NCBI RefSeq assembly: GCF_006345805.1
Contig: NC_042997.1
Location: 152,582,001 to 152,646,000 of the forward strand
From: Octopus sinensis
Lineage: Eukaryota
Direction of reading: 5' to 3'
Length of the DNA stretch: 64,000 nucleotides
The notes below the pieces were generated by a model. The model saw nothing but the letters and a program-made list of their open reading frames with translations. It searched no databases and was not told where the DNA came from. Numbering within the stretch: the stretch's first letter is position 1; each line of letters opens with the position of its first letter. This document shows positions 37,401-52,681 of the stretch, in pieces. A program made the position numbers and the translations under genes.

Positions 37401-38815
37401 AAACGGCGTTCGTGCTCCCCGTGGGGTCATTTATCAGCATCAATGACAAAGGTGAAGTTTGGAGACGGAGCACTGTCCAAGGCATACCTGAAACTGCAGA
37501 CGTAGCTGTTGATATCATGAAGCATGGTTGGGAGATGGAGAAGAACGTCTTTGCTGGGGACATAGCATGTACCCGGTATTATTCCAAGGCGTGCATCAAC
37601 CTGCTGGTTGTAGTCGGCAATGAAGTAAATTTGGAGGAAAGAAGACTGCTGAATCTCGTCTGGCAGAAGTGACCTAATAAGATGGTAGACCTGTCTCTGC
37701 ACTTTGAAAGTAGGCATCCAGCCTTCTCTAGGAGGAATTTTGGCCCCTAAAGAGGTCATTTGGAATGAGCAGTTGTACTTTCGAATGATTTCAAGGAATT
37801 GTGACGATTCGGGGGTTAAACCCGCCGCGAGATCCTTCAGTGGTTGAGGTGGTTCCCGTAGGGGTGGCAAGTCCACTTTGCCACCAGAGCAGCACAAACC
37901 AGGTGGCTCTCCGGGCCATTTCTTGGCTTTGCAAAACTGGCATACAATTGTCATTGACCCTATCTTGATGTCGTCACGCAAGGAGAAGTTAATTGTGGCG
38001 TCGTAGTTGAGTGCTAGTGACGACCAGAAAGCGGGGGCAGGGGTACGTACACCACGAATGATATCCCGACGTTGGTTGATACTCTCAAGTCGAGTGCGCC
38101 GTGCCTCAGCAGATTGCGATGCGCGTGCGACAGCGGTAGCAGTGGCATCCCTTGAAAGCCTTTCAGCTCTCGCCTCAGCATCCTCTGTAGCCCTAGCAGA
38201 AGCAGTGTTAATGGCATCTCTGGTTGTCCGAATAGTTCGTTGGTCTGGAGTTTCGGCAGATCGAGCCATGGCTGTGTTTGCGGCGTCAGCAGCTTGGCGA
38301 GCTCTCTTCTGTTGAGGTGTTTCGGCAGATCGGGCCATGGCTGTGTTTGTGGCGTCAGCAGCTTGGCGAGCTCTCTTCTGTTGAGGTGTTTCGGCAGATC
38401 GGGCCATGGCTGTGTTTGCGGCGTCAGCAGCTTGGCGAGTTCTCCTCTGCTGTGAGGTTTCGACAGATCGTGTCCTGGCGGTGCTAGCGGCGTTAGCCGC
38501 ATTCTGAATGGCCCTTTGTTCGGGGTTCTCGCGCGCTCTGCGGATGGAATCACAGGAAGAAGCCCGCATGTTTTGACTGGACTGTTGCTCTTTCGTCAAC
38601 CTCGAGCGGAGGGAAGATCTGTACGCTGCAGCCCTTGCAAGTCGGGTAGAACGGTCGCTAGTAGTTTCAGATGCCTGAGCAGCGGCAGAACGGGAAGCTT
38701 TTTGCGAGAGGCGCAAGGCGGTTTCCTCGTGGGTCTCGCATGCCCTTCTAGCCCTAGCAGCCGTTGCCTTGGCCATCCGAGGGCTGAGGAGGGTCCTTCT
38801 CTTCTTGGGTGGCAT
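34430..38815 (-). pseudogene. Helitron Rep/Helicase (RepHel) pseudogene
   Basis: Start MPPKKRR at 38815; CQFC..KW..E...CC zinc motif; Rep motif 1 PDLFITYTCNP; HUH motif EWQKKGLPHVHILIW; Walker A DAPGGTGKT; Walker B IIWDEC; SGDFRQTLP; FAMSINKSQGQTL; HGQLYVGCSR; frameshifts and deletions. Confidence 0.92.
38048..38737 (-). repeat. Ten in-register 69-bp (23-aa) STPR-like repeats in the RepHel N-terminus
   Basis: Units begin ETHEE, ETTSD, LTKEQ, ENPEQ, ETSQQ, ETPQQ, ETPQQ, ETPDQ, EDAEA, QSAEA at exact 23-aa spacing; 38255-38461 near-identical at DNA level. Confidence 0.85.
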
Positions 38816-39944
38816 TTTGGTGGATAGCAATGTGTTTGGCAAAGGTGTAATAAAAAGGAACACGTGGGGTAAGTATTCCAAAATGTATAAAAATGTACAA
38901 AAACGGCAAAAAAGCGGGCAGCAATGTGAGTGACAACAACGAAAAAGCGAAAAGTGACCAAACTGAACAAACGAATAGAAAAGGTTTTTTGGTGCATACG
39001 ACAAAAGCGGCTTATAATAAACCAAGAGTTTGCAAGTAGCGTCCGAGGACCCTTAGGGTACGTCAAAAATTTAAGGTAAAATATTTTGGGTGGTAGTTAT
39101 AATGAAAGTTTAAACAAAAAAGTATTCGAATAACTTGCGGCTGCAGCAGCTATTAGCAGAAGAAGTGGCAGTGTTGGGGGTAAAGTGTCGAATGTAATTT
39201 CTTCCTGGTAGGAATTGGTTGGATTGAATTATCGATAGCTTTTTGATAGTTATTTCGGAGTTAAAAAGGTCGAGTTGCGTCCCCTAGACAGTCTGTTGTT
39301 TGTATTTAATACACAAATCAGTTTGCTATGTGTGCCACATATGATTTAATTAACCGATTTTTTTCCAGTAATAAAGTATCCTATTGGAATAAAAAAGGCC
39401 ATACAGCTCCTTGGATCAGACATGATGCTCGCTGTGAATTTAAAAAAAAAATCCTGCCAATTTGTGAAAGATATTGTCGAAAATATGTCATCTTGAATTT
39501 GAACGCGATTTCCCAAAATGGCATGATTTTATCGATTTTTTGTGATGGTAAAGTATTGCATGGAAAACTAACGCCAGAATTAAGTTTCTTAGGGTAACAT
39601 TAAGCTTCACCATGAGTTTGGTGAAAATCGATTGCAAGTTGCGAAAACTACAACAGAAAATGTGTTGCATATAAAAAGCTTAGATTCTCGACCCCATGTC
39701 GAATTTATCGATTTCTTTCAGAACTGGGGAAACTTTTCAAAATTTTTGCTGCGTTAGTTTTGAATTATGACATTGGGCTATGTGTGTGTCAAGTTTCATC
39801 AGAATCGGTTGAAAGCCGTGGTCAGGGTGAGGATACAACCTGACAGGCACACAGCCAGACACACAGACAGACAAACTGCCGTTTATATAGAGAGAGATAT
39901 ATTGAATGAGAGTCTGGTATATACGCAAATTGTGCAGAGGTCTG

Positions 39945-40330
39945 TCACATACATACATGCATGCCTACATACATACATACATACATACATACATACATAC
40001 ATGCATGCATGCATGCATACATACATACATACATACATAAATACATACATGCGTACATACATACATACGTACATACGTACATACATACGTAGAAACATAC
40101 ATACATACATACATACATACATACATACAAAATTCATTGTTGCTGCTTTTGAAATTCCAATGAACGAGCCTTGGATCTGGGTTAGAAACCGGCTCTTTCT
40201 CTATTGGCAAGAGATTTTGAAATAAAACTGATCAATGACATACATACACACACATACACAAACACACACACACATACATACATAGATACATACATACATA
40301 CATACATACATACATACATACATACATACA
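39945..40330. repeat. (ACAT)n microsatellite cluster
   Basis: Read directly. Confidence 0.9.
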
Positions 40331-40356
40331 TGGTGGTTGTTTACTTATATATATAT

Positions 40357-40534
40357 GTACCGAAGTAAGCACATAAATGTGAAACAAGGTGGAAAAAAGA
40401 GTACTCAAATACCAGAGGTAGAGTCATATGCTATATTTAAAAGTAGCAGTTTTGTAACAAAACTGCCCGACGAACGGGAGCGTGAAACTCTGGGTAACAG
40501 CTTGTGTTATATTTCTGCTGCTTTTAAATAAAGC

Positions 40535-40538
<4 letters not shown>
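40357..40538. mobile_element. Short fold-back element (same family as 16778-16853)
   Basis: 24-bp inverted repeat 40426-40449 / 40515-40538; near-palindrome gcagttttgtaacaaaactgc at 40446-40466; (TA)n flanks. Confidence 0.7.
40460..40503 (+). ncRNA. Hammerhead-like motif, CCGACGA variant, second copy
   Basis: CCGACGA; ACG-GGAG-CGU; GAA; ACUC-U-GGGU; GUA; helix I has two mismatches. Confidence 0.45.
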
Positions 40539-40571
<33 letters not shown>

Positions 40572-41051
40572 TTTCCTTTCATTTTCACACACACATATAT
40601 ATGCGTACATATCCATATGTAAAGACATGTACATAAATTTACTCATATACGCATACATCGAACGACACTCAGAGTATGGTGTCAACTAATATAATAAACG
40701 TCTCTGCATAGCCCACCATACTTATAGACGCATGTACTTACATACAAACATGAATATATATATTTTTTCATATGTACATACATGTTTGTATATATTACAT
40801 TTACATACATACGTACATATATACATACATACATACATACAAACATACATACATACATACATACATAATACACATGATATGCGTCGACCTGGGGACCCTG
40901 AGGCTATGCGAAACGAAATCTCATGTTCAAGATATCATATAGTGGGTGTGAATGTACTAGAAATCACACAATAGTAAATCTGGCTTTGCCATTATAACTC
41001 ACGTAATATGTGCTCACACAAAAACGCAATTACTTTTTGTGAAATTACATG

Positions 41052-41202
<151 letters not shown>

Positions 41203-41248
41203 TATAAATATATAAATATATACATATATAAATATATATATATATATA

Positions 41249-41574
41249 TGTGAAATAGAAAGATGAATAATCTTGTAGTAGATTAATCAAAAGTTTAATC
41301 GATACCTTAGTAGCAAAAATCACAGCAGTAAACAGCACGGTTGGAGGTACAACCATCTGGCGTTGCAACCGTGCGTTGGTGCGGATAATTGAAATTAAAA
41401 CATTATTGGTGAATTGAAGAAATGGAGCTGAACCTGAAGAGAAAGACACAATATGGTCCCATTATTCAATCGGATTTTGGTAATTTGTGCCTTTCGAAAC
41501 ACGTGTAGAATGAAATAAAACGATTTCTGTTCAATCTGCGTTCAGCTCCATTTCTTCAATTCACCAATAATGTT
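41249..41574. mobile_element. Fold-back element with 35-bp perfect inverted repeats
   Basis: 41399-41433 / 41540-41574; left arm extends about 150 nt further; (TA)n flanks. Confidence 0.8.
41433..41508 (+). ncRNA. Hammerhead ribozyme, canonical core, 5' strand of helix I truncated
   Basis: CUGAAGA; helix II 10 of 11 bp (41441-51 / 41485-95); GAA; palindromic helix III ACACGUGU; GUA; AATAAA at 41514. Confidence 0.62.
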
Positions 41575-41866
41575 ATATATATATATGTATATATATATAT
41601 GTATATATATGAATATATATATATATATACATATATATATCCATATATACGTATTTGGATACACACACACTCAAACACACAAATATATATATGAATATAT
41701 ATATATGTATATATATGAATATATATATACATAAATGCATATACAGTTATTACCGTTATGATCCGAAAAGTATAACTTTTGCTTGGAATTCTAAATTTTG
41801 GGTTCTTGTTATACACGCACACTTATTTACACATAAATATCATTTGGGAGAGTTTGTGTGAGGAAA

Positions 41867-41897
<31 letters not shown>

Positions 41898-43689
41898 TTT
41901 GTGTGTGTATTTAAGTGTAAGCGTACATACTTCAGTTAACAACCTTCGTTTGGGCACGTAATATGGCGAAGACATAAATTACACCATTTTCGTGCCATTG
42001 CTAAACAAAGAAACAAATACCTCCACACTTAAAACATTTCAATATTTTTGAATAATCTAAATATACGCACGTATATAATGTTCTGGACTATGTTTATTAC
42101 CGTTTCACATTATAGATCGCCCACCTGGAAGCACTTTAATTACGAACGCACGTTAAGCAGACCAGTGAACTTTCTTTACTCGAAAAACCTATCCTATTTA
42201 TGCTGTATTTTTTTGATATTGTTTTATTTTCCTGCAGATTGAAGAAAATAGAAAAAAAATTGTAGTTGTTATCGAAACCGGAAAATTTCTCAAAGAAATT
42301 ATGAAATGATAAGAAAAATACATAACTGAGATAATAGTTGTTTTCTTTGAATGTTATAATGATTCCCTCTCTCTCACCCTATGTATATCTATATATAAAT
42401 GTGTGTGTGTGTGTGTGTGTGTTGATAGAGTAAGAGAGAAAGTGACAGAAACTACATATAAGATAAAGAAAATGTTTGTTTTACTGTGTGTTACACGAGC
42501 AATTTTAATTTGATTTGGAACTTAAAACCAAGCAAACATATATTGTTCAAGTCACAAAAACATGTCCCCCACAAAATATTATCTATACATAAAAGGCATC
42601 ACTTGTTTCTTCTTATTTGGTTTCATATTCTTTTTGTCACACTATAGGAACGTAGCACGAGAAAATAGTGTCAGTTCTGGGAGAGGTGAAAGAGGAATAC
42701 ACACACGCACATGCACATGCGCACACACACAAACACACACACAGACAAAAAGTATTATAAAGTGAGCTGTATGAGTATATAAGTAGAAGATTCGGTGTCT
42801 TATTGGCTGAAATGGAAGAAAATGTGCGGGAAAGGAGAGAGCACGAGTACTAAAGGGAAAGAAGACAAAGGTCTGCAACAGAGAGGAGGGAATTAGAGAG
42901 GTAACGTGAATAAGGCATAGAGAGTGGGAGAACAATAAGGAGAATAACAGGTATAGACAGGAAGAGAAAAATGTTCATAATATTGATGTGTGTGTGTATG
43001 TGAGGGCAACATCTTCAGAAATCAAAAAGCAAAGTGAAAGTAGATTTTAAGGGGAAGGAAATGATAGGAAATATTTTAAATAAATAAAAAAGAAAAAAGA
43101 AACAAAGAATTGAATTGGTAGAAGTATAGTTTTTCTTGTTGTTTTGTACGTACATGTCGTGTATGTCATACTTCAACGTAAGAGATAAAAAGGTTGAAGG
43201 GAGAGGTATAAAGAAAAAGAGAAATAAAGATGTTAAGCAGAGGAGGTATACTTGAAGGGAGTGGTAATGCGAGGGAGAGGGGAGAGATGGAAGCAGCGGA
43301 AGTATAGTTGAAGTGAAAGGCAAAGCGACAAAGAGGAGGAAGTAAGGAGTGAGAGAGGGAGAGGGAGAGGGGAGATTGATAGCGCTCTCTCAGCAAATAG
43401 CTATAGATATTACTGTTACTTTTCTGTAGTTGAAGGTGGAGATAAAATGTTTATCAGTATTTTCAGAGTAGACTGATGCTTACATCGAAAGAAAAGTAGA
43501 TACATAGATACACATATTGTTAAATTAAAAGCAGGAGAGAAGAGGGACACAGAGGAAGTTAGAGAGAAAGAGAGACAGTAGATACATAGATCAAAAGAAA
43601 AGTTGATACATAGACACATTGTTAAATCAAAGACATATAACTAGAGCAAATATTGGATGTCGTTTTCACTTTTCATTACCACACGAGGA

Positions 43690-44420
43690 TAAAATTAACT
43701 CGCAAGTAGCTTAGCACTCCACAAACATGCATACCGTTAATGTATTCTCTCGTAGATTCAGCCTCACACAGAATATGACAAGGCTGGCCCCTTTCAATTA
43801 CAGCTACAATTCATTTTGCCCAGTTGAGTGGACTGAAGCAAGATAAACCTTCAAACAGTAGGAAGAAAAGGAAAAAAAGATCATATATAATACAGGAAAA
43901 TCTTTTTAGCCATTTGGGTCACTATGGGTGTTAATCCGGTCCTAACAGCGGCATTTGTGAGTCTCACAGATCTGGAGGCAAGGCCCCAGATAAACATCGA
44001 TGCAGAGGCTTTTGTTATCAAACCGAGAGTGAGTCCGTGGTGAAGTCACTACTCGACGGAATAGCAATTATTTCGTCCTAACTTTCATTGCTTATACTAA
44101 ACACATGACATTTTTGCCTTACGATATAGAACATTTCCTTTTCTTTCAATATTTAAAGAAAATGGCACTACATCGCTTACGACGACGAGGTTCCTGTTTA
44201 CTCCAGAATGCATACCATAGCGTAGTTCTCTGGAAGATTCAGCCTCACACAGAATGTGACAAGGTTGGCACCTTTAATTACAGCTACAATTCATTTTTGC
44301 CAGCTGAGTGGACTGCAGCAAAGTGAAGTAGAGTACTTTGCTCAAGAACACAACGCACCGCCGGGAATCGTGCTTATAACTTTATGATCGTGGGCTGAAT
44401 ACCCCGAACCACTGAGCCAC
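43690..44420 (-). mobile_element. Two decayed SINE family C fragments (about 43690-43845 and 44165-44420)
   Basis: gattcagcctcacacagaat...acaagg..ggc...cagctacaattcatttt; head remnant aaccactgagccacgc. Confidence 0.55.
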
Positions 44421-44904
44421 GCACATTCACTCTCTTAAAGGAACGAAGCGATAGAGACAGAGAAAGGACATTCGCAGTCATTTAAAATGACAATTAGACT
44501 GAAATACATTCGATCTTTTCTAGCTTCTTTACTTTTAATAATAAAACGGGAAAGACATTTATTAATGAATATAGGGAAAGTCTTTCAGGTGTTTACGTTT
44601 TCATTCTGGGAGTTCTCTCCACTTTCTCTGACTGCCAGTACTTATTCGCCTTCTTTTATAATTTTTCATATCTTTTAGCTGGGGGTGGGGGGTGGGGAGA
44701 CCATGTTTCTTTTTCAGGCACGTTTAACGTTTCCTCTACAAATACAAACAAGCGCCCCTCTCTTCCTTCTTTTTTTTTTTACACAAAACCTAATTCAAAT
44801 TTCGAACAGAATATACCTGTGTAAAGAGCACAGAAAAATGGGTAATACCCCCAACAAAATGGTTATGGGAGGAAAGTGGCTACACGAAATTCAACTCTAT
44901 GCTT

Positions 44905-45159
44905 CAAAGAGTGTCTTCTACTATAGCCTCGGGCCGACCAAAGCCTCATGAGTGCATTTCATAGACGGAAACTGAAAGAAGCCCGTCATATATATATATA
45001 GGAGTGGCTGCGTGGTAAGTAGCTTGCTTACCAACCACATGATTCCGGGTTCATTCCCACTGTGTGGCACCTTGGGCAAATGTCTTCTACTGTAGCCTCG
45101 GGCCGCCCAGAGCCTTGTGAGTGGATTTCGTAGACGGAAGCTGAAAGAAGCCCGTCGTA

Positions 45160-45236
<77 letters not shown>

Positions 45237-45432
45237 CGTATATGTTTGTGTGTCTGTGTTTGTCCCCAAACTGATGGTGGTGAGTTTACGTCCCCGTAAC
45301 TTAGCGGTTCGGCAAAAGAGCCCGATAGAATAAGTATTGGGCTTCCAAAGAATAAGTCCTGGGGTCGATTTGCTCGACTAAAGGCGGTACTCCAGCATGG
45401 CCGCAGTCAAATGAATGAAACTAGTAAAAGAG
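44905..45432 (+). mobile_element. SINE family A: partial unit plus near-full unit
   Basis: Partial 44905-44990, then ggagtggctgcgtggtaag at 45001 through the tail gtaaaagagtaaaaga. Confidence 0.85.
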
Positions 45433-45464
45433 TAAAAGAATAGGCAGATGATATGTTAGAGGTC

Positions 45465-48230
<2,766 letters not shown>

Positions 48231-48782
48231 TGTTTCAGTGTCTGTGTGTTATGTGACCACATGCATGTGTGCTAGTGCTTAAGAAATGTCTTTTTGGATG
48301 AGTGTTATTGGTATGCATATGTATCTAAGTGTGCACACATTTTCTTATGCGTATGCGCGTTCTTTGTGTGTGTGTGTGTGTGTGTGTGTGTTCACGTGCA
48401 TTTATTTTGAAAAAGCATATTTTTCGTTCTTTGCGATTCATTCATTCATCGTTAGAAATAGCGACTTTTTTTGTAATATTTTGATATAATAACATGTAAA
48501 ATTAAATAGAAAATCTTTACTCCTAAATCTCTGAACGATTGAAATTCTTGTTTTGAAGCTTCTAGGAATTAGATTCTCTCCAATTTTTTCTCAGATAGAA
48601 AGGCTTAAGTCTAAAAGTACCTCAGTCGAAACATTTTATCATGACAATGCGAAGTTTAGTCTAAAAGTAAGGAACACACAAACAGAATTTGAATTTTTCT
48701 TATATAGATTTGATTACAGCGCAAAATAAATATAAAATTACAAAACTTTTCTGAAGTAAAATATGAACATATTTACGGTAAC

Positions 48783-48785
<3 letters not shown>

Positions 48786-48879
<94 letters not shown>

Positions 48880-48880
48880 T
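48786..48880. repeat. (CA)n microsatellite
   Basis: Read directly. Confidence 0.95.
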
Positions 48881-50279
48881 CACGCAAACATACACAGGCC
48901 CAAATACAAAAACACACATATACACTGACGGGAAGGATCACACTAGCTACAGTAAAAAAAAAGTACGAAAAAGGTGTGGCAGACCACGAAAATTGCCTCC
49001 TATACCTCCTTTAGACAACTATGTTCAAAGGTTTCAGTGAATATCAAACTGAATATGAAACCTCAATCATCTGCGTATAAATGTAAGAAAGTAGCTCACA
49101 GACTGTAGTTTTTACAAGCATTCTGAGTGTTAGGTATTCAGTAAATACGGGATCCATTTCTTCCATCTACAAATAGCAGTCTCCTTTCTCTTCTCTCAAT
49201 TTATTTAGTAGTCCCGTTATCTTTGCATTTGTTTTGAGAAATGTGAACTTCATTTCGACATGGGAGGTGAGATTCTCCTCATACCTCTTCCTTATCTTTT
49301 TTGCAAATTCTTGTTGTCTTCTCTTTGCGCTATTCCCATTAGTCTGTCACCAATGCTTACTTTTCATCATGTCTTCAATATTACAAGAGCATAGCGCAGT
49401 TGTAGAAAGGGTTTCTTTAGCCTTCTCGTCAGATTCTGAACACGAGGACAAGGTGGTATCATTCAACACTTCCGGTACCATGTGCAGTAGCGCCTAGTAA
49501 CGGCAAACTTCGCAGTTCACCGTTGATGTTGCAGCTTCTTTTCTTTTAGCTTTTCCAATTCTTCCAGGACAAAAACTTGTAAATCACCTTTATTCTCGTG
49601 TAGCAGATAAGTTTTCTGCCTTCAGCGATTTGTGAATTTTTTTTCATACGGTACCCTATACACAGCACAATTTGAGGCCATGAATACTTGTATGTCGATA
49701 GTGAACTTATCTGACTTGCCTTTCGTCATCCTTTGTAGATCTTACTACACATGTTAACCAACTCTACCTCTGCCTGCTCTTTCGAAGGATCAAGAAAAGA
49801 ACCTTAATGACTTGGGAAATAAAAATAGGCTACTTACCTTCTTTCTCTCATTTGTTTAACAGCTTTGGTTATAAAATCATCTGTTTGCTTTTCACCTAAT
49901 TCTGTCAAGTAGTCTTGCTTTCGTTTGAATAATGCACCACATTAGTTTAAATATCTGTCGTTACTTTTATTAACAAAGCCTTTTTGTGTGTACACGCATA
50001 CGGTTGTTAGAAATAAAAAGAGAAGTAGGAAAGGGTGCACGCGCGCGCGTGTTGCTTTGTAGTTGATTTTCTAAGCATATCGTCAAGCCTGCCATCGTGA
50101 GTAGATGTCAATGTCGCCTCATAAATATCAATATTTTCTATCTCCAAGGTGCATTAGATTTGTTGCAAAATGTTTCCTCCAGTTATTTTGTTTAAACTCT
50201 TTGGAAATATGTTTACCGCTATGATTTTTGTTTCCGTGGGAAAGACTCCTCAGCATTTGATAAATGTATGTGGACACAA

Positions 50280-50706
50280 GGCTGCAAGCTAGCGGAATTG
50301 CTACTGCACTGGACAAAATGCTTAGCATTTCTTCAGGTTTACGTTATGAGTTTAAATTCCATCGTCCTCGACTTTGTCTTTCATCATTTCAGGTTCGATA
50401 AAATAGATATCAGTTGAACACTAGGTTTGATGTAATCGGCTATCTCCTTGCCCCCAAATTGTGGCTTATAATAGAAACTACAGGGCGGCGAGCTGGCAGA
50501 AACGTTAGCACGCCGGGCGAAATGCTTAGCCGTATCTCAACTGTCGTTACGTTCTGAGTTCCGCCGAGGTCGACTTTGCCGTTCATCCTTTCGGGGTCGA
50601 TAAATAAAGTACCAGTTTCGCACTGGGTCGATGTAATCGAATTAATCCCTTTGTCTGTCCTTGTTTGTCCCCTCTATGTTTAGCCACTTGTGGGTAATAA
50701 AGAAAT
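50280..50706 (+). mobile_element. Two adjacent SINE family B copies (old 50280-50470, young 50484-50706)
   Basis: Young copy near-identical to 7997-8226; flanked by the direct repeat atatagaaactaca-like sequence (50468 / 50712), a possible target-site duplication. Confidence 0.8.
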
Positions 50707-52545
50707 ATATATAATAGAAACTACATGTCTATCGATAATATAGAAGTAAAAATTAAAAAAAAAGAATCCAATTTTACAGCAAAAGAAATCTTTTGTTTTC
50801 AACAGGACTGTGTATGGGTCTAGATTCAACCTTCGTTATCAAAATGAAATATATAAAAAACAAAAAATATTCTTTCACGCATTTTTAAATTGTTAGAATT
50901 CAGCGCCTTGAAGAACGATTTAAAAATGCGACTGATCACATCAGCAGTCAATGCTATGCGGGTGCTACTGATGATGATGATGATGATGATGTCTACTCGT
51001 GTACATGACTTAACTACATTAGTATTCATAATTCTCATTATACTCTGACATTTATCCCCCATACACTTTGAATTTTCAATAGCACTTATTTATTACTTAA
51101 ATGAATACTGAATTCGTATTATATTTTATTGGTGCTTCATTTTATCCAAGGCTATTACATTTAATTCCCATATGGCTAAATTCACTTAGCAGTAAGTCAA
51201 TTTTAAGAGTAGGAAAAGCCTACTCCACTTACTAACATCAGTAATGTTTAATCAAATGTTTAGCAGATCTACAATGACCCCATCAATTCTATCGATAAAT
51301 ATGTCTCGAATTATTTAAATAATGTCTCAACAACTCAGATATCCATGATAAGCATTAGTGAATCATTCATTTTATCATATCATCTGTCCAATACATTTGG
51401 CTTCATTCATTATGCTACAATGTTCATCTGTCTTTATTACAAGTGTATTTACGCCAATACGTAGTTTATAATAAAATGAATATACATTTTCCTTTAAAAT
51501 TTTTAAAATTTTGGAATATTTGGTATTAAATGATGTAAAATGAAAAAAGAATTTTCGTTATATAGCCTGGTCAGTGATACAATTCTGCAACATCTCCGCA
51601 GAGTCATTGACTTGGCAGTAAAACGTACCACAAAATATTTATTTTGTAAATATTTTGTATTAGTGTATATTATTATTACTCCATAGTATAACAAGAATGA
51701 AAGTATACGTATGTTTAGAATCGCTATCGTAATTTTATTATGATGTGATTAATTCGGTTTACTGTATAATTTCAGATCAAGTCACTTGGAAGACTTCATT
51801 GTCTTACATATATTATTATGATTTGATTTTTTTTTACTTAGTGATATGTCAACGAGTCGGTTGCTTATGGTATTCATTACTATTGTCATGGATAATTATC
51901 TTCTCTTCATTTTGCCCTATGAACTGCTGTATACATCCAGCTGTGGCGCTATTCTTAATTTGAATAACATGTTGACTTTATAGAATTCGACTGAATTGAA
52001 TTCTTTTCTTGTTATTTGCATTAGAGTGGAAAGTACATTAAAATTTAAGCGTTGATGGAATTTAAACTTTACATATGTGAAAGCGGATAGAAAATAGGAA
52101 ATAGAAACAACGAAATAAAATATGTAAAAAGACATAACATAGCTACAAGATAAAATAGATGGAAAGCAGGAAATATATTCAAAAACAGAAAATAAAAAAT
52201 TGATACACAAATATAGATTAGATAGAAATGCGAGCTTATAAGAGATTCTTTGCTTGGTTTCACGACCTGTAGATAAATTTCCCTCAAATCACACGCTACT
52301 GCATCATAGATAGAAGGATACATTACATTCTACAGACCTAGATGCATGAGTGTAGAAAATATTAGTGGAATGGTTACAGTTGGAATATTTACGTTCGTAA
52401 GTTTGCTAATATTTTGAAGTTAAACCGCAAAAACTATAATTTCTATTTGTTCATTGATCCCAGATGATAAAGAAATAAAACTTCGTACACAGGTTATGCT
52501 TTCAGAATAATATAATCAGAATTCAGAATAATATAACCGGAATAC

Positions 52546-52681
52546 AATATAATATAATATAATACAATACACTATAATATAATATAATATAATATAATAT
52601 AATATAATATAATATAATATAATATAATGTAATGTAATGTAATGTAATATAATGTAATATGATATAATATAATATAATATA
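52546..52681. repeat. (AATAT)n pentanucleotide repeat with an (AATGT)n patch
   Basis: Read directly. Confidence 0.95.

Larger units (their letters stand above)
34308..39897 (-). mobile_element. Helitron (rolling-circle transposon) with both termini, 5.59 kb
   Basis: A|TC 5' end (39897-96); CTAG|T 3' end (34311-34308) preceded by the hairpin CCCGGGCAACGGCGGG; Rep and PIF1-like helicase motifs inside. Confidence 0.95.

Noticed and set aside
38255-38461. Regularly spaced near-identical 69-bp repeats resembling a CRISPR array
   Set aside because: Contiguous tandem units without unique spacers, in frame inside the Helitron ORF, in a eukaryotic context; no cas genes.
34430-38815. Helitron coding region is visibly more GC-rich than its flanks, suggesting horizontal transfer
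   Set aside because: Coding TE sequence is commonly GC-richer than intergenic DNA, and the termini resemble resident non-autonomous Helitrons; a phylogeny would be needed.
44681-44697. G-rich tract GGGGGTGGGGGGTGGGG (possible G-quadruplex)
   Set aside because: Isolated, with no functional context.
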